32,000 nt of DNA from Mycobacterium tuberculosis H37Rv (GCF_000195955.2 NC_000962.3:3690001-3722000), one strand, 5' to 3'; positions 9,404 through 18,336 are shown, counted from the first letter of the stretch. Notes: generated from the letters alone by a model not told the origin. Made by a program: numbers and translations.

Positions 9404-10336
9404 CTAGCCGCCGCGGCGCTTGCCGATGTCCAGGGCACACGCGGCGAGGATCGCATCCCAGTCTTCGATGTTGAAATGGCCCTTGCCGTGCGCCCAGTGC
9501 AAATCAACGTGCGGAATCGCGCGCTGCAGGTATTCGCCCATGGCGCGTGGCACGAAGGAGTCACGATCACCCAGCCAGATATGGGTAGGCACGGCCACCT
9601 CGGCGAGGTCGAAACCCCACGGCCGAAATTGCAGAAATGATTCATAGGCTGCGCCGCGGCTGCCCTGTCGGAACGCTTCGAGCTGGATGGCGCGCAGGTG
9701 GCGGCCGAAGCGTTCGTCGCTCAGCAGGTGCTTGTCGGCCGCGGGGACCGCAGCCGCCAACAACGTAGAAAACAGCCCGGGCGTGTATTTCGCGCACCAG
9801 CCGAGCGGGGCAAACAACGCACCGAATAGCCGCGGCCCGCTTCGCGCCAACCGCGCGTAGCACCGATCGGCCGCGTTGAGGCTGCGCATGATATCCGGCG
9901 TCGCCAGTGGACCCCATGGTCCGAGCGCGCCGACGAACGCTAGTCGGGTCCGCGGGATGACGGCACCGCAGGCGAATAGGTGCGGTCCCGCGCCCGAATG
10001 CCCGACCACCCCGAACTCCTCCAGCTCGAACGCGTCAGCCAGGGCACACACGTCCGCGGGCCAATCGCGAAAATTGCGTCCCGCTTGAAAGGTGGAGCGC
10101 CCGTACCCGGGCCGATCAATCGCTATCAGTCGGAAGCCGGTGCGCCGCGCGGCACCATCGGCGAAGGCCCCCTCGAGCCGCGAACTTGGCGTGCCGTGGA
10201 AGTAGAACGCTGGGTAGCCGGTGCTATCACCCCATTCCAGGTAGGCAAGCGCCCGCCCGTCGGGCAGCATGAGCACATCCGCCTCGTCGGTGCGAATGCG
10301 CTCGGGCAGCGATGGCGGTGGCCCGGTCAAGAGCAC
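9404..10336 (-). CDS. Alpha/beta hydrolase (Rv3312c equivalent)
   Basis: About 308-310 aa, starting at GTG 10336 or TTG 10330. It has the nucleophile elbow VVGHSGAG. Confidence 0.85.
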   Translation of the reverse strand: MLLTGPPPSLPERIRTDEADVLMLPDGRALAYLEWGDSTGYPAFYFHGTPSSRLEGAFADGAARRTGFRLIAIDRPGYGRSTFQAGRNFRDWPADVCALADAFELEEFGVVGHSGAGPHLFACGAVIPRTRLAFVGALGPWGPLATPDIMRSLNAADRCYARLARSGPRLFGALFAPLGWCAKYTPGLFSTLLAAAVPAADKHLLSDERFGRHLRAIQLEAFRQGSRGAAYESFLQFRPWGFDLAEVAVPTHIWLGDRDSFVPRAMGEYLQRAIPHVDLHWAHGKGHFNIEDWDAILAACALDIGKRRGG

Positions 10337-10355
10337 ACCAGCGATGGTATGCCGA

Positions 10356-10526
10356 TCAGAGTCGATTCAGCGCGCGTGCCATGCACGAGTCCTCGAGGAA
10401 CCGATAGCGCCTAGGCTGGGACTGCCGCAACCACAGCCGATCCAGCGCCGAACGCACGATCCGGCGAACGGGTGTGCGGGTAACAGCCTTGTCGATGTCG
10501 ATGGTGGAGGCGCTGTCGCCGTTCAT
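10356..10526 (-). CDS. Candidate unannotated small protein (56 aa)
   Basis: ATG at 10526 to TGA at 10356, below the track's 60-aa cutoff. It translates to MNGDSASTIDIDKAVTRTPVRRIVRSALDRLWLRQSQPRRYRFLEDSCMARALNRL. By hand count about 80% of codons end in G/C, like genuine genes here. A GAAGGGA lies 7 nt upstream of the ATG. The ORF ends 19 nt before the Rv3312c-like start on the same strand. Confidence 0.45.
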   Translation of the reverse strand: MNGDSASTIDIDKAVTRTPVRRIVRSALDRLWLRQSQPRRYRFLEDSCMARALNRL

Positions 10527-10704
10527 GACAGGTTCCCTTCAAGCGTCCTGCAAGCGGTTGCCAAAGCCGTCGCCTATTTTCTGTCATCGGACGGCGCGAT
10601 CCATCGGCACGGGAGCGTAAATCTGCCCCGCCGGGGGTCGTAGCTTGCCGGGGGCACGCCCGGGTTTATACGCGTATTCGCTGATGCGGCCCGGTCAACG
10701 AGCG

Positions 10705-11016
10705 CTATGCGCCGCCACCGGCAGCCGGGGGCGGCGGCGCAGCACCGGGATCGTCAAGCACGGGACCTTCGAGGATGGGTCCGGGGTAGTCGCGGCTGTG
10801 GTCGGGGCCGTCGCTGTCGCGGTGGAAGTCGTCATGGCAGGTGTAGGGATCCCAGTTGGGCCCCCATGCGGGGTCGAAAGGCTGCCCCGGGCACCAGTAG
10901 TAGTCGGGCACCGGCGCGGTTTGGGCTGCGGACTGCGCGCCGACCCCGAGACCCGCCACACCCGTGGCCAGGATGCACGCCGCCAGCATGAGCGTGCGGC
11001 ACGCGAACCGGTACAT
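10705..11016 (-). CDS. mtp: M. tuberculosis pilin / secreted antigen MTP
   Basis: 103-aa product MYRFACRTLMLAACILATGVAGLGVGAQSAAQTAPVPDYYWCPGQPFDPAWGPNWDPY..., with a signal peptide and a Pro/Gly tail. The track ORF has an 11-codon upstream extension to 11049. Confidence 0.85.
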   Translation of the reverse strand: MYRFACRTLMLAACILATGVAGLGVGAQSAAQTAPVPDYYWCPGQPFDPAWGPNWDPYTCHDDFHRDSDGPDHSRDYPGPILEGPVLDDPGAAPPPPAAGGGA

Positions 11017-11086
11017 GCGATGACGGTACGAAAGCGATCTGGCAAGCAACTGGACGCTAGGTGCGATATACCAGAGAACTTGCTGA

Positions 11087-12184
11087 TTACTCGCTGTGAC
11101 CCATGAGCGCCGCGAACCGCGGCTTGATCACTTCGTCGATTATCGCCAGCCGCTGGTCGAACGGAATGAACGCGGATTTCATCGCATTGACGGTGAAGCG
11201 CGCCAGGTCGCTCCAGCCATAACCGAAAGCCTCTACCAAACGATGCATTTCGAGGCTCATCGAGGTGTCGCTCATCAGCCGGTTGTCGGTATTGACGGTC
11301 ACCCGGAACCGGGCCCGAGCCAGTAGGTCGAACGGATGCTCGGCGATGCTTGCGACCGCGCCGGTCTGCACGTTGGAGCTGGGGCACAGCTCCAGCGGAA
11401 TTCGCTTGTCCCGCAGGATAGCTGCCAGCCGACCCAACTGGAAACCGCCGTCGGCATCCACGTCGATGTCGTCGACGATCCGCACCCCGTGACCCAGCCG
11501 GTCGGCACCGCAGAAGGCGATCGCCTCGTGGATGGACGGCAACCCGAACGCCTCACCGGCATGAATCGTGAAGCGCGCGTTGTGATCACGCATGTACTCG
11601 AATGCATCCAAGTGCCGGGTTGGCGGGTGGCCGGCCTCCGCGCCGGCGATGTCGAATCCGACAACTCCCTTGTCCCGGAACCGGATCGCCAACTCTGCGA
11701 TCTCCCGGGACATTGCGGCGTGCCGCATCGCGGTGACCAGACAGCGGACGGTGATGGGTTGACCATCGGCGGCACACGCCTTCTCGCCGGCGGCGAAGCC
11801 CGTCAGAACGGTGTCGACGACGTCGTCGAACGACAGCCCGCAGCTGATGTGCAGCTCCGGCGCGAACCGCACCTCGGCATAGACCACCGAATCGGCGGCC
11901 AGGTCTTGCGCGCATTCGAAGGCGACCCGATACAAGGCCTCGGGAGTCTGCATCACCGCCACCGTGTGCGAAAACGGTTCCAGGTAGCGCTCCAGCGAGC
12001 CGCTGTGCGACTGGGTGCGAAACCAACTTGCCAGCGCGTCGACGTCAGTTGCCGGCAGGTCGTCGTATCCGACCTGCCCGGCAATGTCCAGCACGGTGGC
12101 CGGCCGCAGCCCGCCGTCGAGGTGATCGTGCAGCAACGCCTTGGGGGCTAGCCTGATCGTCTGCAGGGTCGGCGCAGCGGTCAT
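11087..12184 (-). CDS. add: Adenosine deaminase
   Basis: 365 aa from ATG 12184, [28 protein letters not shown] (HxHLDG metal motif). The ATG shares one base with the deoA TGA. Confidence 0.9.
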   Translation of the reverse strand: MTAAPTLQTIRLAPKALLHDHLDGGLRPATVLDIAGQVGYDDLPATDVDALASWFRTQSHSGSLERYLEPFSHTVAVMQTPEALYRVAFECAQDLAADSVVYAEVRFAPELHISCGLSFDDVVDTVLTGFAAGEKACAADGQPITVRCLVTAMRHAAMSREIAELAIRFRDKGVVGFDIAGAEAGHPPTRHLDAFEYMRDHNARFTIHAGEAFGLPSIHEAIAFCGADRLGHGVRIVDDIDVDADGGFQLGRLAAILRDKRIPLELCPSSNVQTGAVASIAEHPFDLLARARFRVTVNTDNRLMSDTSMSLEMHRLVEAFGYGWSDLARFTVNAMKSAFIPFDQRLAIIDEVIKPRFAALMGHSE

Positions 12185-13467
12185 CAGACGATCCGATCGA
12201 CGATTAGCGGCCGCACCTGCGGCGGACTGTCCCGGATACTCCAACCGCCGGCCAGCTCGGCTCGCGCCGCACCAAAGCGCTCGGGAGCATTCGTGTAGAG
12301 GGTGAACAACGGCTCACCGACCACAACCGGCTCCCCCGGGCGGCGATGAATCCGCACCCCCGCACCGTGCTGTACGCGTGCGCCCGGGCGGGACCTGCCC
12401 GCACCGAGTCGCCATGCCGCTAACCCCACTGCCATCGCATCGATGTCGCCCATTGTGCCGCTCGCGCCCGCCGTGACGGTTTCCGAATGCGAACCGATCG
12501 GCAACGGTTTCGACAAGTCACCTCCCTGCGCGGCAACCAACCGGCGAAACCGGTCCATTGCGGTGCCGTCCCGCAGCGTCTGGGCCGGGTCCCGGCCGTG
12601 GATCCCGGCAAGCTCGAGCATCTCGCCGGCCAGCCGCAACGTCAGCTCCACCACGTCGGGCGGTCCGCCGCCGGCCAGCACCTCCAGCGCCTCGGCCACC
12701 TCGAGCGCATTGCCGACGGTTCGACCCAGCGGGCAGTTCATCTCCGTCAGCAGGGCACGGGTGGGCACGCCATGCGCCGCGCCCAGTTCGACCATGGTGT
12801 GCGCAAGTTCGCGCGCCTGCACTGGCGACCTCATGAAGGCCCCGGAACCAACCTTGACGTCGAGCACCAGTGCACCCGCACCCTCAGCCAGCTTCTTGCT
12901 CATAATCGAACTGGCGATCAACGGCAGCGATTCGACGGTGCCGGTAATGTCGCGCAGCGCATACAGCTTGGCATCGGCTGGCGCCAGCTGGCCGGCGGCG
13001 AAGATCGCGGCGCCGACGTCGCAAAGCTGCTCGCGCACCCGCTGGTTGGACAGATTCGCGGTGAACCCGGTGATGGATTCCAGCTTGTCCAGGGTGCCGC
13101 CGGTGTGGCCGAGTCCGCGGCCCGACGCCTGGGGCACTGCGCCACCGCAGGCGGCGACGACGGGCACCAATGGCAGCGTGATTTTGTCACCTACCCCGCC
13201 GGTGGAATGCTTGTCCACGGTCGCTAGTGGCAGATCGGTGAAATCCAGCCGGGCACCCGAGGCCAGCATGGCCGCCGTCCATCTGGCGATCTCGCCGCGG
13301 TCCATGCCCCGCCAAACGATCGCCATCAGCAGCGCCGACATCTGTTCGTCGGCGACCCGGCCGTCGGTATAGGCCTTGACGACCCAGTCGATGGCGGCGT
13401 CGGACAACCGGCCGCCGTCACGTTTGGTGCGGATGACGGTCGGGGCGTCGAATGCGAAGTCGGTCAC
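12184..13467 (-). CDS. deoA: Thymidine / pyrimidine-nucleoside phosphorylase
   Basis: GTG at 13467 gives 427 aa, [19 protein letters not shown]...[10 protein letters not shown]. The Arg/Pro-rich 128-aa upstream extension in the track ORF overlaps cdd and looks non-coding. Confidence 0.9.
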   Translation of the reverse strand: MTDFAFDAPTVIRTKRDGGRLSDAAIDWVVKAYTDGRVADEQMSALLMAIVWRGMDRGEIARWTAAMLASGARLDFTDLPLATVDKHSTGGVGDKITLPLVPVVAACGGAVPQASGRGLGHTGGTLDKLESITGFTANLSNQRVREQLCDVGAAIFAAGQLAPADAKLYALRDITGTVESLPLIASSIMSKKLAEGAGALVLDVKVGSGAFMRSPVQARELAHTMVELGAAHGVPTRALLTEMNCPLGRTVGNALEVAEALEVLAGGGPPDVVELTLRLAGEMLELAGIHGRDPAQTLRDGTAMDRFRRLVAAQGGDLSKPLPIGSHSETVTAGASGTMGDIDAMAVGLAAWRLGAGRSRPGARVQHGAGVRIHRRPGEPVVVGEPLFTLYTNAPERFGAARAELAGGWSIRDSPPQVRPLIVDRIV

Positions 13468-13865
13468 CGGCGTTCCCGGGGGAGGTCGTCGAGGCCGAAG
13501 GCGTCGGGCAGCAGGTCGCCGAGCCGGCGGGGTCGCACCGGATGGTCGATCAGTAGCTCGGAACCCCCGTGTTCGAGCAGCACCTGACGGCATCGCCCGC
13601 ACGGCATCAGCACGGATCCATGGCCGTCGACGCAGGCCAGCGCGAGCAGCCGGCCGCCGCCGGTCGAATGCAGGGCGCACACCACCGCACATTCGGCGCA
13701 CAAAGTCAAGCCATACGAGACGTTTTCCACGTTGCATCCGGTCACCACGCGACCATCGTCGACCAGTGCGGCCGCACCCACCGCAAACCGCGAATACGGC
13801 ACATAGGCTCCGGCTGCTGCCTGGGTTGCATTGCCCCGCAGCATATTCCAATCGACATCAGGCAT
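13464..13865 (-). CDS. cdd: Cytidine deaminase
   Basis: 133 aa from ATG 13865, with the zinc motifs CAECAV and PCGRCRQ. It overlaps the deoA start by 4 nt. Confidence 0.9.
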   Translation of the reverse strand: MPDVDWNMLRGNATQAAAGAYVPYSRFAVGAAALVDDGRVVTGCNVENVSYGLTLCAECAVVCALHSTGGGRLLALACVDGHGSVLMPCGRCRQVLLEHGGSELLIDHPVRPRRLGDLLPDAFGLDDLPRERR

Positions 13866-14029
13866 TCGGCAACCCCGCTCGTCGATGGGCCGACTAAGAA
13901 AAGCCAGCCTAACCCCGGATCCACACACGATCCCGATCGGACTGTTCGACACCGCGGGCAACCTGGCCAAGTTAAGCTCGATTGCCCGGCTCTAGCTGTT
14001 CGATAGTGCTTTTAAGGGGTTTGCCAGCG

Positions 14030-14440
14030 GTGAATACAACGGCGACAACCGTCTCGCGCGGGCGGCGGCCACCTCGGACCCTGTATCGGGGAGATCCCGG
14101 TATGTGGTCGTGGGTATGCCATCGCATCAGCGGCGCGACGATTTTCTTCTTCCTGTTTGTCCATGTCCTGGACGCCGCCATGCTGCGGGTGAGCCCGCAG
14201 ACCTACAACGCGGTGCTGGCGACCTACAAGACCCCGATCGTCGGCCTGATGGAGTACGGCCTAGTCGCCGCGGTCCTTTTTCACGCACTGAACGGGATTC
14301 GGGTCATCTTGATCGATTTCTGGTCGGAAGGCCCGCGCTATCAGCGGCTGATGTTGTGGATCATCGGCAGCGTCTTCCTCTTGCTGATGGTTCCGGCAGG
14401 CGTGGTGGTGGGCATCCACATGTGGGAGCACTTCCGATGA
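14030..14440 (+). CDS. sdhC: Succinate dehydrogenase cytochrome b subunit (start either GTG 14030 or ATG 14102)
   Basis: Hydrophobic heme-b subunit, ...MWSWVCHRISGATIFFFLFVHVLD.... The in-frame upstream segment RRPPRTLYRGDPG looks like part of the protein, so I extend to GTG 14030. The conventional 112-aa call starts at 14102. Confidence 0.85.
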   Translation: MNTTATTVSRGRRPPRTLYRGDPGMWSWVCHRISGATIFFFLFVHVLDAAMLRVSPQTYNAVLATYKTPIVGLMEYGLVAAVLFHALNGIRVILIDFWSEGPRYQRLMLWIIGSVFLLLMVPAGVVVGIHMWEHFR

Positions 14441-14871
14441 GCGCCCCGGTCAGACAGCGCAGCCATGACCGTCCAGCCAGCCTGGACAACCCACGATCAC
14501 CACGGCGGCGTGCCGGCATGCCCAACTTCGAGAAATTCGCCTGGCTGTTCATGCGGTTTTCCGGTGTTGTGTTGGTGTTCCTGGCGATCGGGCACGTGTT
14601 CATCATGCTGATGTGGGACAACGGCGTGTATCGCCTGGACTTCAACTTCGTTGCCCAACGCTGGGCGTCGCCGTTCTGGCAGACCTGGGATCTGCTGTTG
14701 TTGTGGCTGGCGCAGCTGCACGGCGGCAACGGTCTGCGCACCATCATTGACGACTACAGCCGCAAAGACACCACCCGATTCTGGCTGAACTCGTTGCTGG
14801 TGTTGTCCATGCTGTTCACCCTGATGCTGGGAACCTACGTGATAGTGACATTCGACCCGAACATCTCCTGA
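14437..14871 (+). CDS. sdhD: Succinate dehydrogenase membrane anchor subunit
   Basis: 144 aa. The ATG overlaps the sdhC TGA (ATGA at 14437-14440). The body has three hydrophobic helices. Confidence 0.9.
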   Translation: MSAPVRQRSHDRPASLDNPRSPRRRAGMPNFEKFAWLFMRFSGVVLVFLAIGHVFIMLMWDNGVYRLDFNFVAQRWASPFWQTWDLLLLWLAQLHGGNGLRTIIDDYSRKDTTRFWLNSLLVLSMLFTLMLGTYVIVTFDPNIS

Positions 14872-14889
14872 AAGGCCCGGAAGGAGCAC

Positions 14890-15003
14890 ATGATCACGCC
14901 ACCTCTCCCCCGCAAGCGGGCGGTACCCCCACCTCATCGCTGCGGCCCCCTCGTCGCTTCGCGGCTGGGGGTGCCCCCACTGCATCGTCGGCGGCGGCGT
15001 TGA
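14890..15003 (+). repeat. Single-copy MIRU-like intergenic element carrying a 37-codon ORF coupled to sdhA
   Basis: The reverse complement of 14926-14992 shares CGACGATGCA ... CGCAGCG ... TGAGG with the 58-bp VNTR unit at 951-1066, plus an extra internal segment (long vs short MIRU classes). ATG 14890 is preceded by AAGGAG at 14881-14886. It opens MITPPLPRKRAVPPPHRCGPLVASRLGVPPLHRRRRR, and its TGA (15001-15003) overlaps the sdhA TTG start (15000-15002). Confidence 0.6.
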
Positions 15004-16772
15004 TCTGCCAACACCGATACGACGTGGTGATCGTCGGCGCGGGCGGTGCCGGGATGCGCGCCGCGGTCGAGGCGGGTCCGCGGGTGCGTACCGCGGTGCT
15101 GACCAAGCTGTATCCCACCCGCAGCCACACCGGCGCGGCCCAGGGCGGCATGTGCGCCGCGCTGGCCAACGTCGAGGACGACAACTGGGAGTGGCACACG
15201 TTCGACACCGTCAAGGGCGGCGACTATCTCGCCGACCAGGACGCCGTGGAGATCATGTGCAAGGAAGCCATCGACGCGGTGCTCGACCTGGAGAAGATGG
15301 GGATGCCGTTCAACCGCACCCCCGAGGGCCGCATCGACCAGCGCCGCTTCGGCGGGCACACCCGCGACCACGGCAAGGCCCCGGTGCGCCGGGCCTGCTA
15401 CGCGGCCGATCGCACCGGCCACATGATTCTGCAGACGCTGTATCAGAACTGCGTCAAGCACGACGTCGAGTTCTTCAACGAGTTTTACGCGCTGGATTTG
15501 GCTTTGACTCAAACGCCGTCGGGCCCGGTGGCCACCGGGGTGATCGCCTACGAGCTAGCGACCGGTGACATCCATGTCTTTCACGCCAAGGCCGTCGTGA
15601 TCGCGACCGGCGGCTCGGGCCGCATGTATAAGACCACGTCCAACGCACACACCCTGACCGGCGACGGCATCGGCATCGTGTTCCGCAAGGGACTTCCCTT
15701 GGAGGACATGGAGTTTCACCAGTTTCACCCTACCGGCCTGGCCGGTCTGGGCATCTTAATCTCCGAAGCGGTGCGCGGCGAAGGCGGCCGGCTGCTCAAC
15801 GGGGAAGGTGAGCGTTTCATGGAGCGCTACGCCCCGACGATCGTCGACCTAGCGCCCCGCGACATCGTCGCCCGCTCGATGGTGCTGGAAGTGCTGGAGG
15901 GACGCGGCGCCGGACCGCTCAAGGACTACGTCTACATCGACGTCCGCCACCTGGGCGAGGAAGTGCTCGAGGCCAAGCTGCCCGACATCACCGAGTTCGC
16001 CCGCACCTACCTGGGCGTGGATCCGGTCACCGAGCTGGTGCCGGTCTACCCGACGTGCCACTACCTGATGGGCGGCATCCCGACCACAGTCACCGGGCAG
16101 GTGCTGCGGGACAACACCAGCGTTGTCCCGGGCCTGTATGCGGCCGGCGAGTGCGCGTGCGTGTCGGTGCATGGCGCCAACCGGCTGGGCACCAACTCGC
16201 TGTTGGATATCAACGTCTTCGGTCGTCGGGCCGGCATCGCCGCCGCCAGTTATGCGCAGGGTCACGACTTTGTCGACATGCCGCCCAACCCGGAGGCCAT
16301 GGTGGTGGGCTGGGTCAGCGACATCCTGTCCGAACACGGAAACGAGCGGGTCGCCGACATTCGCGGGGCGCTGCAGCAGTCGATGGACAACAACGCCGCG
16401 GTGTTCCGCACCGAGGAGACCCTGAAGCAGGCGCTCACCGACATCCACGCGCTCAAGGAGCGCTACTCCCGAATCACGGTGCACGACAAGGGGAAACGCT
16501 TCAACACCGACCTGCTGGAAGCCATCGAGCTGGGATTTTTACTGGAGCTGGCCGAGGTCACGGTGGTCGGCGCTTTGAATCGCAAGGAGTCCCGCGGCGG
16601 TCACGCCCGCGAGGACTATCCCAACCGCGACGACGTCAACTACATGCGACACACCATGGCCTACAAGGAAATTGGGGCCGATAAGGAGGGCCCCGAGCTG
16701 CGCAGCGATGTCCGCCTTGATTTCAAACCCGTCGTGCAGACCCGTTACGAACCCAAGGAACGGAAGTACTAA
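15000..16772 (+). CDS. sdhA: Succinate dehydrogenase flavoprotein subunit
   Basis: 590 aa with a TTG start. It has VVIVGAGGAGMRAA, the covalent-FAD His motif RSHTGAAQGG, and HYLMGG. Confidence 0.95.
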   Translation: MICQHRYDVVIVGAGGAGMRAAVEAGPRVRTAVLTKLYPTRSHTGAAQGGMCAALANVEDDNWEWHTFDTVKGGDYLADQDAVEIMCKEAIDAVLDLEKMGMPFNRTPEGRIDQRRFGGHTRDHGKAPVRRACYAADRTGHMILQTLYQNCVKHDVEFFNEFYALDLALTQTPSGPVATGVIAYELATGDIHVFHAKAVVIATGGSGRMYKTTSNAHTLTGDGIGIVFRKGLPLEDMEFHQFHPTGLAGLGILISEAVRGEGGRLLNGEGERFMERYAPTIVDLAPRDIVARSMVLEVLEGRGAGPLKDYVYIDVRHLGEEVLEAKLPDITEFARTYLGVDPVTELVPVYPTCHYLMGGIPTTVTGQVLRDNTSVVPGLYAAGECACVSVHGANRLGTNSLLDINVFGRRAGIAAASYAQGHDFVDMPPNPEAMVVGWVSDILSEHGNERVADIRGALQQSMDNNAAVFRTEETLKQALTDIHALKERYSRITVHDKGKRFNTDLLEAIELGFLLELAEVTVVGALNRKESRGGHAREDYPNRDDVNYMRHTMAYKEIGADKEGPELRSDVRLDFKPVVQTRYEPKERKY

Positions 16773-17563
16773 TGAGCGTCGAGCCGGACGTCGAAACTTT
16801 GGATCCGCCCCTACCGCCGGTACCGGACGGCGCGGTGATGGTGACCGTCAAGATCGCCCGGTTCAACCCCGACGACCCCGACGCGTTCGCGGCCACCGGC
16901 GGCTGGCAGAGCTTCCGGGTGCCCTGTTTGCCCAGCGATCGGCTGCTCAACCTGCTCATCTACATCAAGGGCTACCTCGACGGCACGCTCACCTTCCGGC
17001 GATCCTGCGCCCATGGGGTGTGCGGCTCTGATGCCATGCGCATCAACGGGGTGAACCGGCTGGCCTGCAAGGTGCTGATGCGTGACCTGCTGCCGAAGAA
17101 GAAGGGCAAATCGTTGACCGTCACGGTCGAGCCGATCCGCGGGCTGCCGGTGGAAAAGGACCTGGTGGTCGACATGGAGCCGTTCTTCGACGCCTACCGG
17201 GCGATCAAACCGTACCTGATCACCAGCGGCAACCCGCCCACCCGCGAACGGATCCAGAGCCCGACCGACCGCGCCCGCTACGACGACACCACCAAGTGCA
17301 TCCTGTGCGCGTGCTGCACCACCAGCTGCCCGGTGTTCTGGCACGAGGGCAGCTACTTCGGCCCGGCGGCGATCGTCAACGCGCACCGCTTCATCTTCGA
17401 CAGCCGCGACGAGGCCGCCGCCGAGCGCCTCGACATCCTCAACGAGGTCGACGGGGTGTGGCGCTGCCGCACCACGTTCAACTGCACCGAATCCTGCCCA
17501 CGGGGCATTGAGGTGACCAAGGCGATCCAGGAGGTCAAGCGCGCGCTGATGTTCACCCGCTGA
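16772..17563 (+). CDS. sdhB: Succinate dehydrogenase iron-sulfur subunit
   Basis: 263 aa with Cys clusters CAHGVCGSDAMRING, CILCACCTTSCP and CTESCP. The ATG shares one base with the sdhA TAA. Confidence 0.95.
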   Translation: MSVEPDVETLDPPLPPVPDGAVMVTVKIARFNPDDPDAFAATGGWQSFRVPCLPSDRLLNLLIYIKGYLDGTLTFRRSCAHGVCGSDAMRINGVNRLACKVLMRDLLPKKKGKSLTVTVEPIRGLPVEKDLVVDMEPFFDAYRAIKPYLITSGNPPTRERIQSPTDRARYDDTTKCILCACCTTSCPVFWHEGSYFGPAAIVNAHRFIFDSRDEAAAERLDILNEVDGVWRCRTTFNCTESCPRGIEVTKAIQEVKRALMFTR

Positions 17564-17568
17564 GGGCT

Positions 17569-17634
17569 TGCGCGAGCAGACGCAAAATCGCCCGAAAACC
17601 AGTGGTTTTGGGCGATTTTGCGTCTGCTCGCGCA
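17569..17634. terminator. Long near-perfect hairpin between convergent sdhB and vapC44 (bidirectional intrinsic-terminator-like)
   Basis: TGCGCGAGCAGACGCAAAATCGCCC (17569-17593) pairs perfectly with GGGCGATTTTGCGTCTGCTCGCGCA (17610-17634). The inner AAAACC/GGTTTT also pair around a 3-nt loop with one bulged G. It starts 6 nt after the sdhB stop and ends 8 nt before the vapC44 stop. There is no U-tract. Confidence 0.7.
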
Positions 17635-17641
17635 GCCGGGT

Positions 17642-18070
17642 CTACAGCGTTGCCAGGTGCTGTTTGGTTGCGCCAGGAACCGCAGTCAACGCAATCGACT
17701 GATCGAAGGTGACAAATCGGCCATCATGAGCGACCGCGAGGGCCAGCAAGTACGCGTCGGTGACCTGTTTGGGGCTGTGCAGGCGGGAACGATCGATGAC
17801 CTTTGAGTCGAGAATGCTGACGGTGCAGGACCAGAACTCGTGATAGCGCGTGTGCGTCGCACGAGCCAACAAGTCGATGGCATGGGCTACCGAGATTGGG
17901 CTGGGATAGCGCGGTTGGCTGATGACGCGGACGAACCCGTTTTGGGTGATCGCACAGGAAGCCCATCCCCGCTCGATCTGCCCGGTGATCCACGCTCGGG
18001 CGCGCTCGTGGTCGACGTGATCGCGGTCCAACAGCGCCAGTAGCACGTTGACGTCCAACAGCGCTCGCAT
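17642..18070 (-). CDS. vapC44: PIN-domain toxin VapC
   Basis: 142 aa, MRALLDVNVLLALLDRDHVDHE...TDAYLLALAVAHDGRFVTFD, with the PIN acidic residues. It lies 3 nt downstream of vapB. Confidence 0.9.
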   Translation of the reverse strand: MRALLDVNVLLALLDRDHVDHERARAWITGQIERGWASCAITQNGFVRVISQPRYPSPISVAHAIDLLARATHTRYHEFWSCTVSILDSKVIDRSRLHSPKQVTDAYLLALAVAHDGRFVTFDQSIALTAVPGATKQHLATL

Positions 18071-18073
18071 CGA

Positions 18074-18316
18074 TCACACGGCCTCCTCGTCACGAAGCCG
18101 ATCGATCAGCGCGTTCGATACCGCTCCACCGCGATGAGGCAGGGGTTCGAAGCCATGAAAGGCGTCCTCCTGGCTCGCCGCAGGCTGGGGATTCTGGTTG
18201 GTTAACGCTTGCCGGGCCAGATCCGACAGGATTTCACCCGCGGTGCGCTTCTCCCTGCGTGCCCGTTCCTTCACGGCCAGCAATACATCGTCGTCGATGG
18301 ACAACGTGGTGCGCAT
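18074..18316 (-). CDS. vapB44: VapB antitoxin
   Basis: 80 aa, MRTTLSIDDDVLLAVKERARREKRTAGEILSDLARQAL. This N-terminus is typical of VapB antitoxins, and the gene sits upstream of the PIN toxin. Confidence 0.9.
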   Translation of the reverse strand: MRTTLSIDDDVLLAVKERARREKRTAGEILSDLARQALTNQNPQPAASQEDAFHGFEPLPHRGGAVSNALIDRLRDEEAV

Positions 18317-18336
18317 GCATCAGATGCTATCGCACC
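18308..18336. promoter_or_regulatory. Imperfect 29-nt palindrome over the vapB44 start codon (possible VapB operator)
   Basis: In GGTGCGCATGCATCAGATGCTATCGCACC, the outer arms GGTGCG/CGCACC and the inner arms GCATC/GATGC are symmetric about the centre. Confidence 0.3.

Noticed and set aside
11065-11070. TATATC hexamer (minus strand) upstream of mtp as a possible -10 element
   Set aside because: It is plausible, but a lone hexamer with no recognisable -35 or TSS information is not strong enough to list as a feature.
12184-13851. 555-aa version of the deoA ORF
   Set aside because: The upstream 128 codons are Arg/Pro/Ala junk overlapping the genuine cdd gene in another frame. The thymidine phosphorylase similarity starts at GTG 13467.
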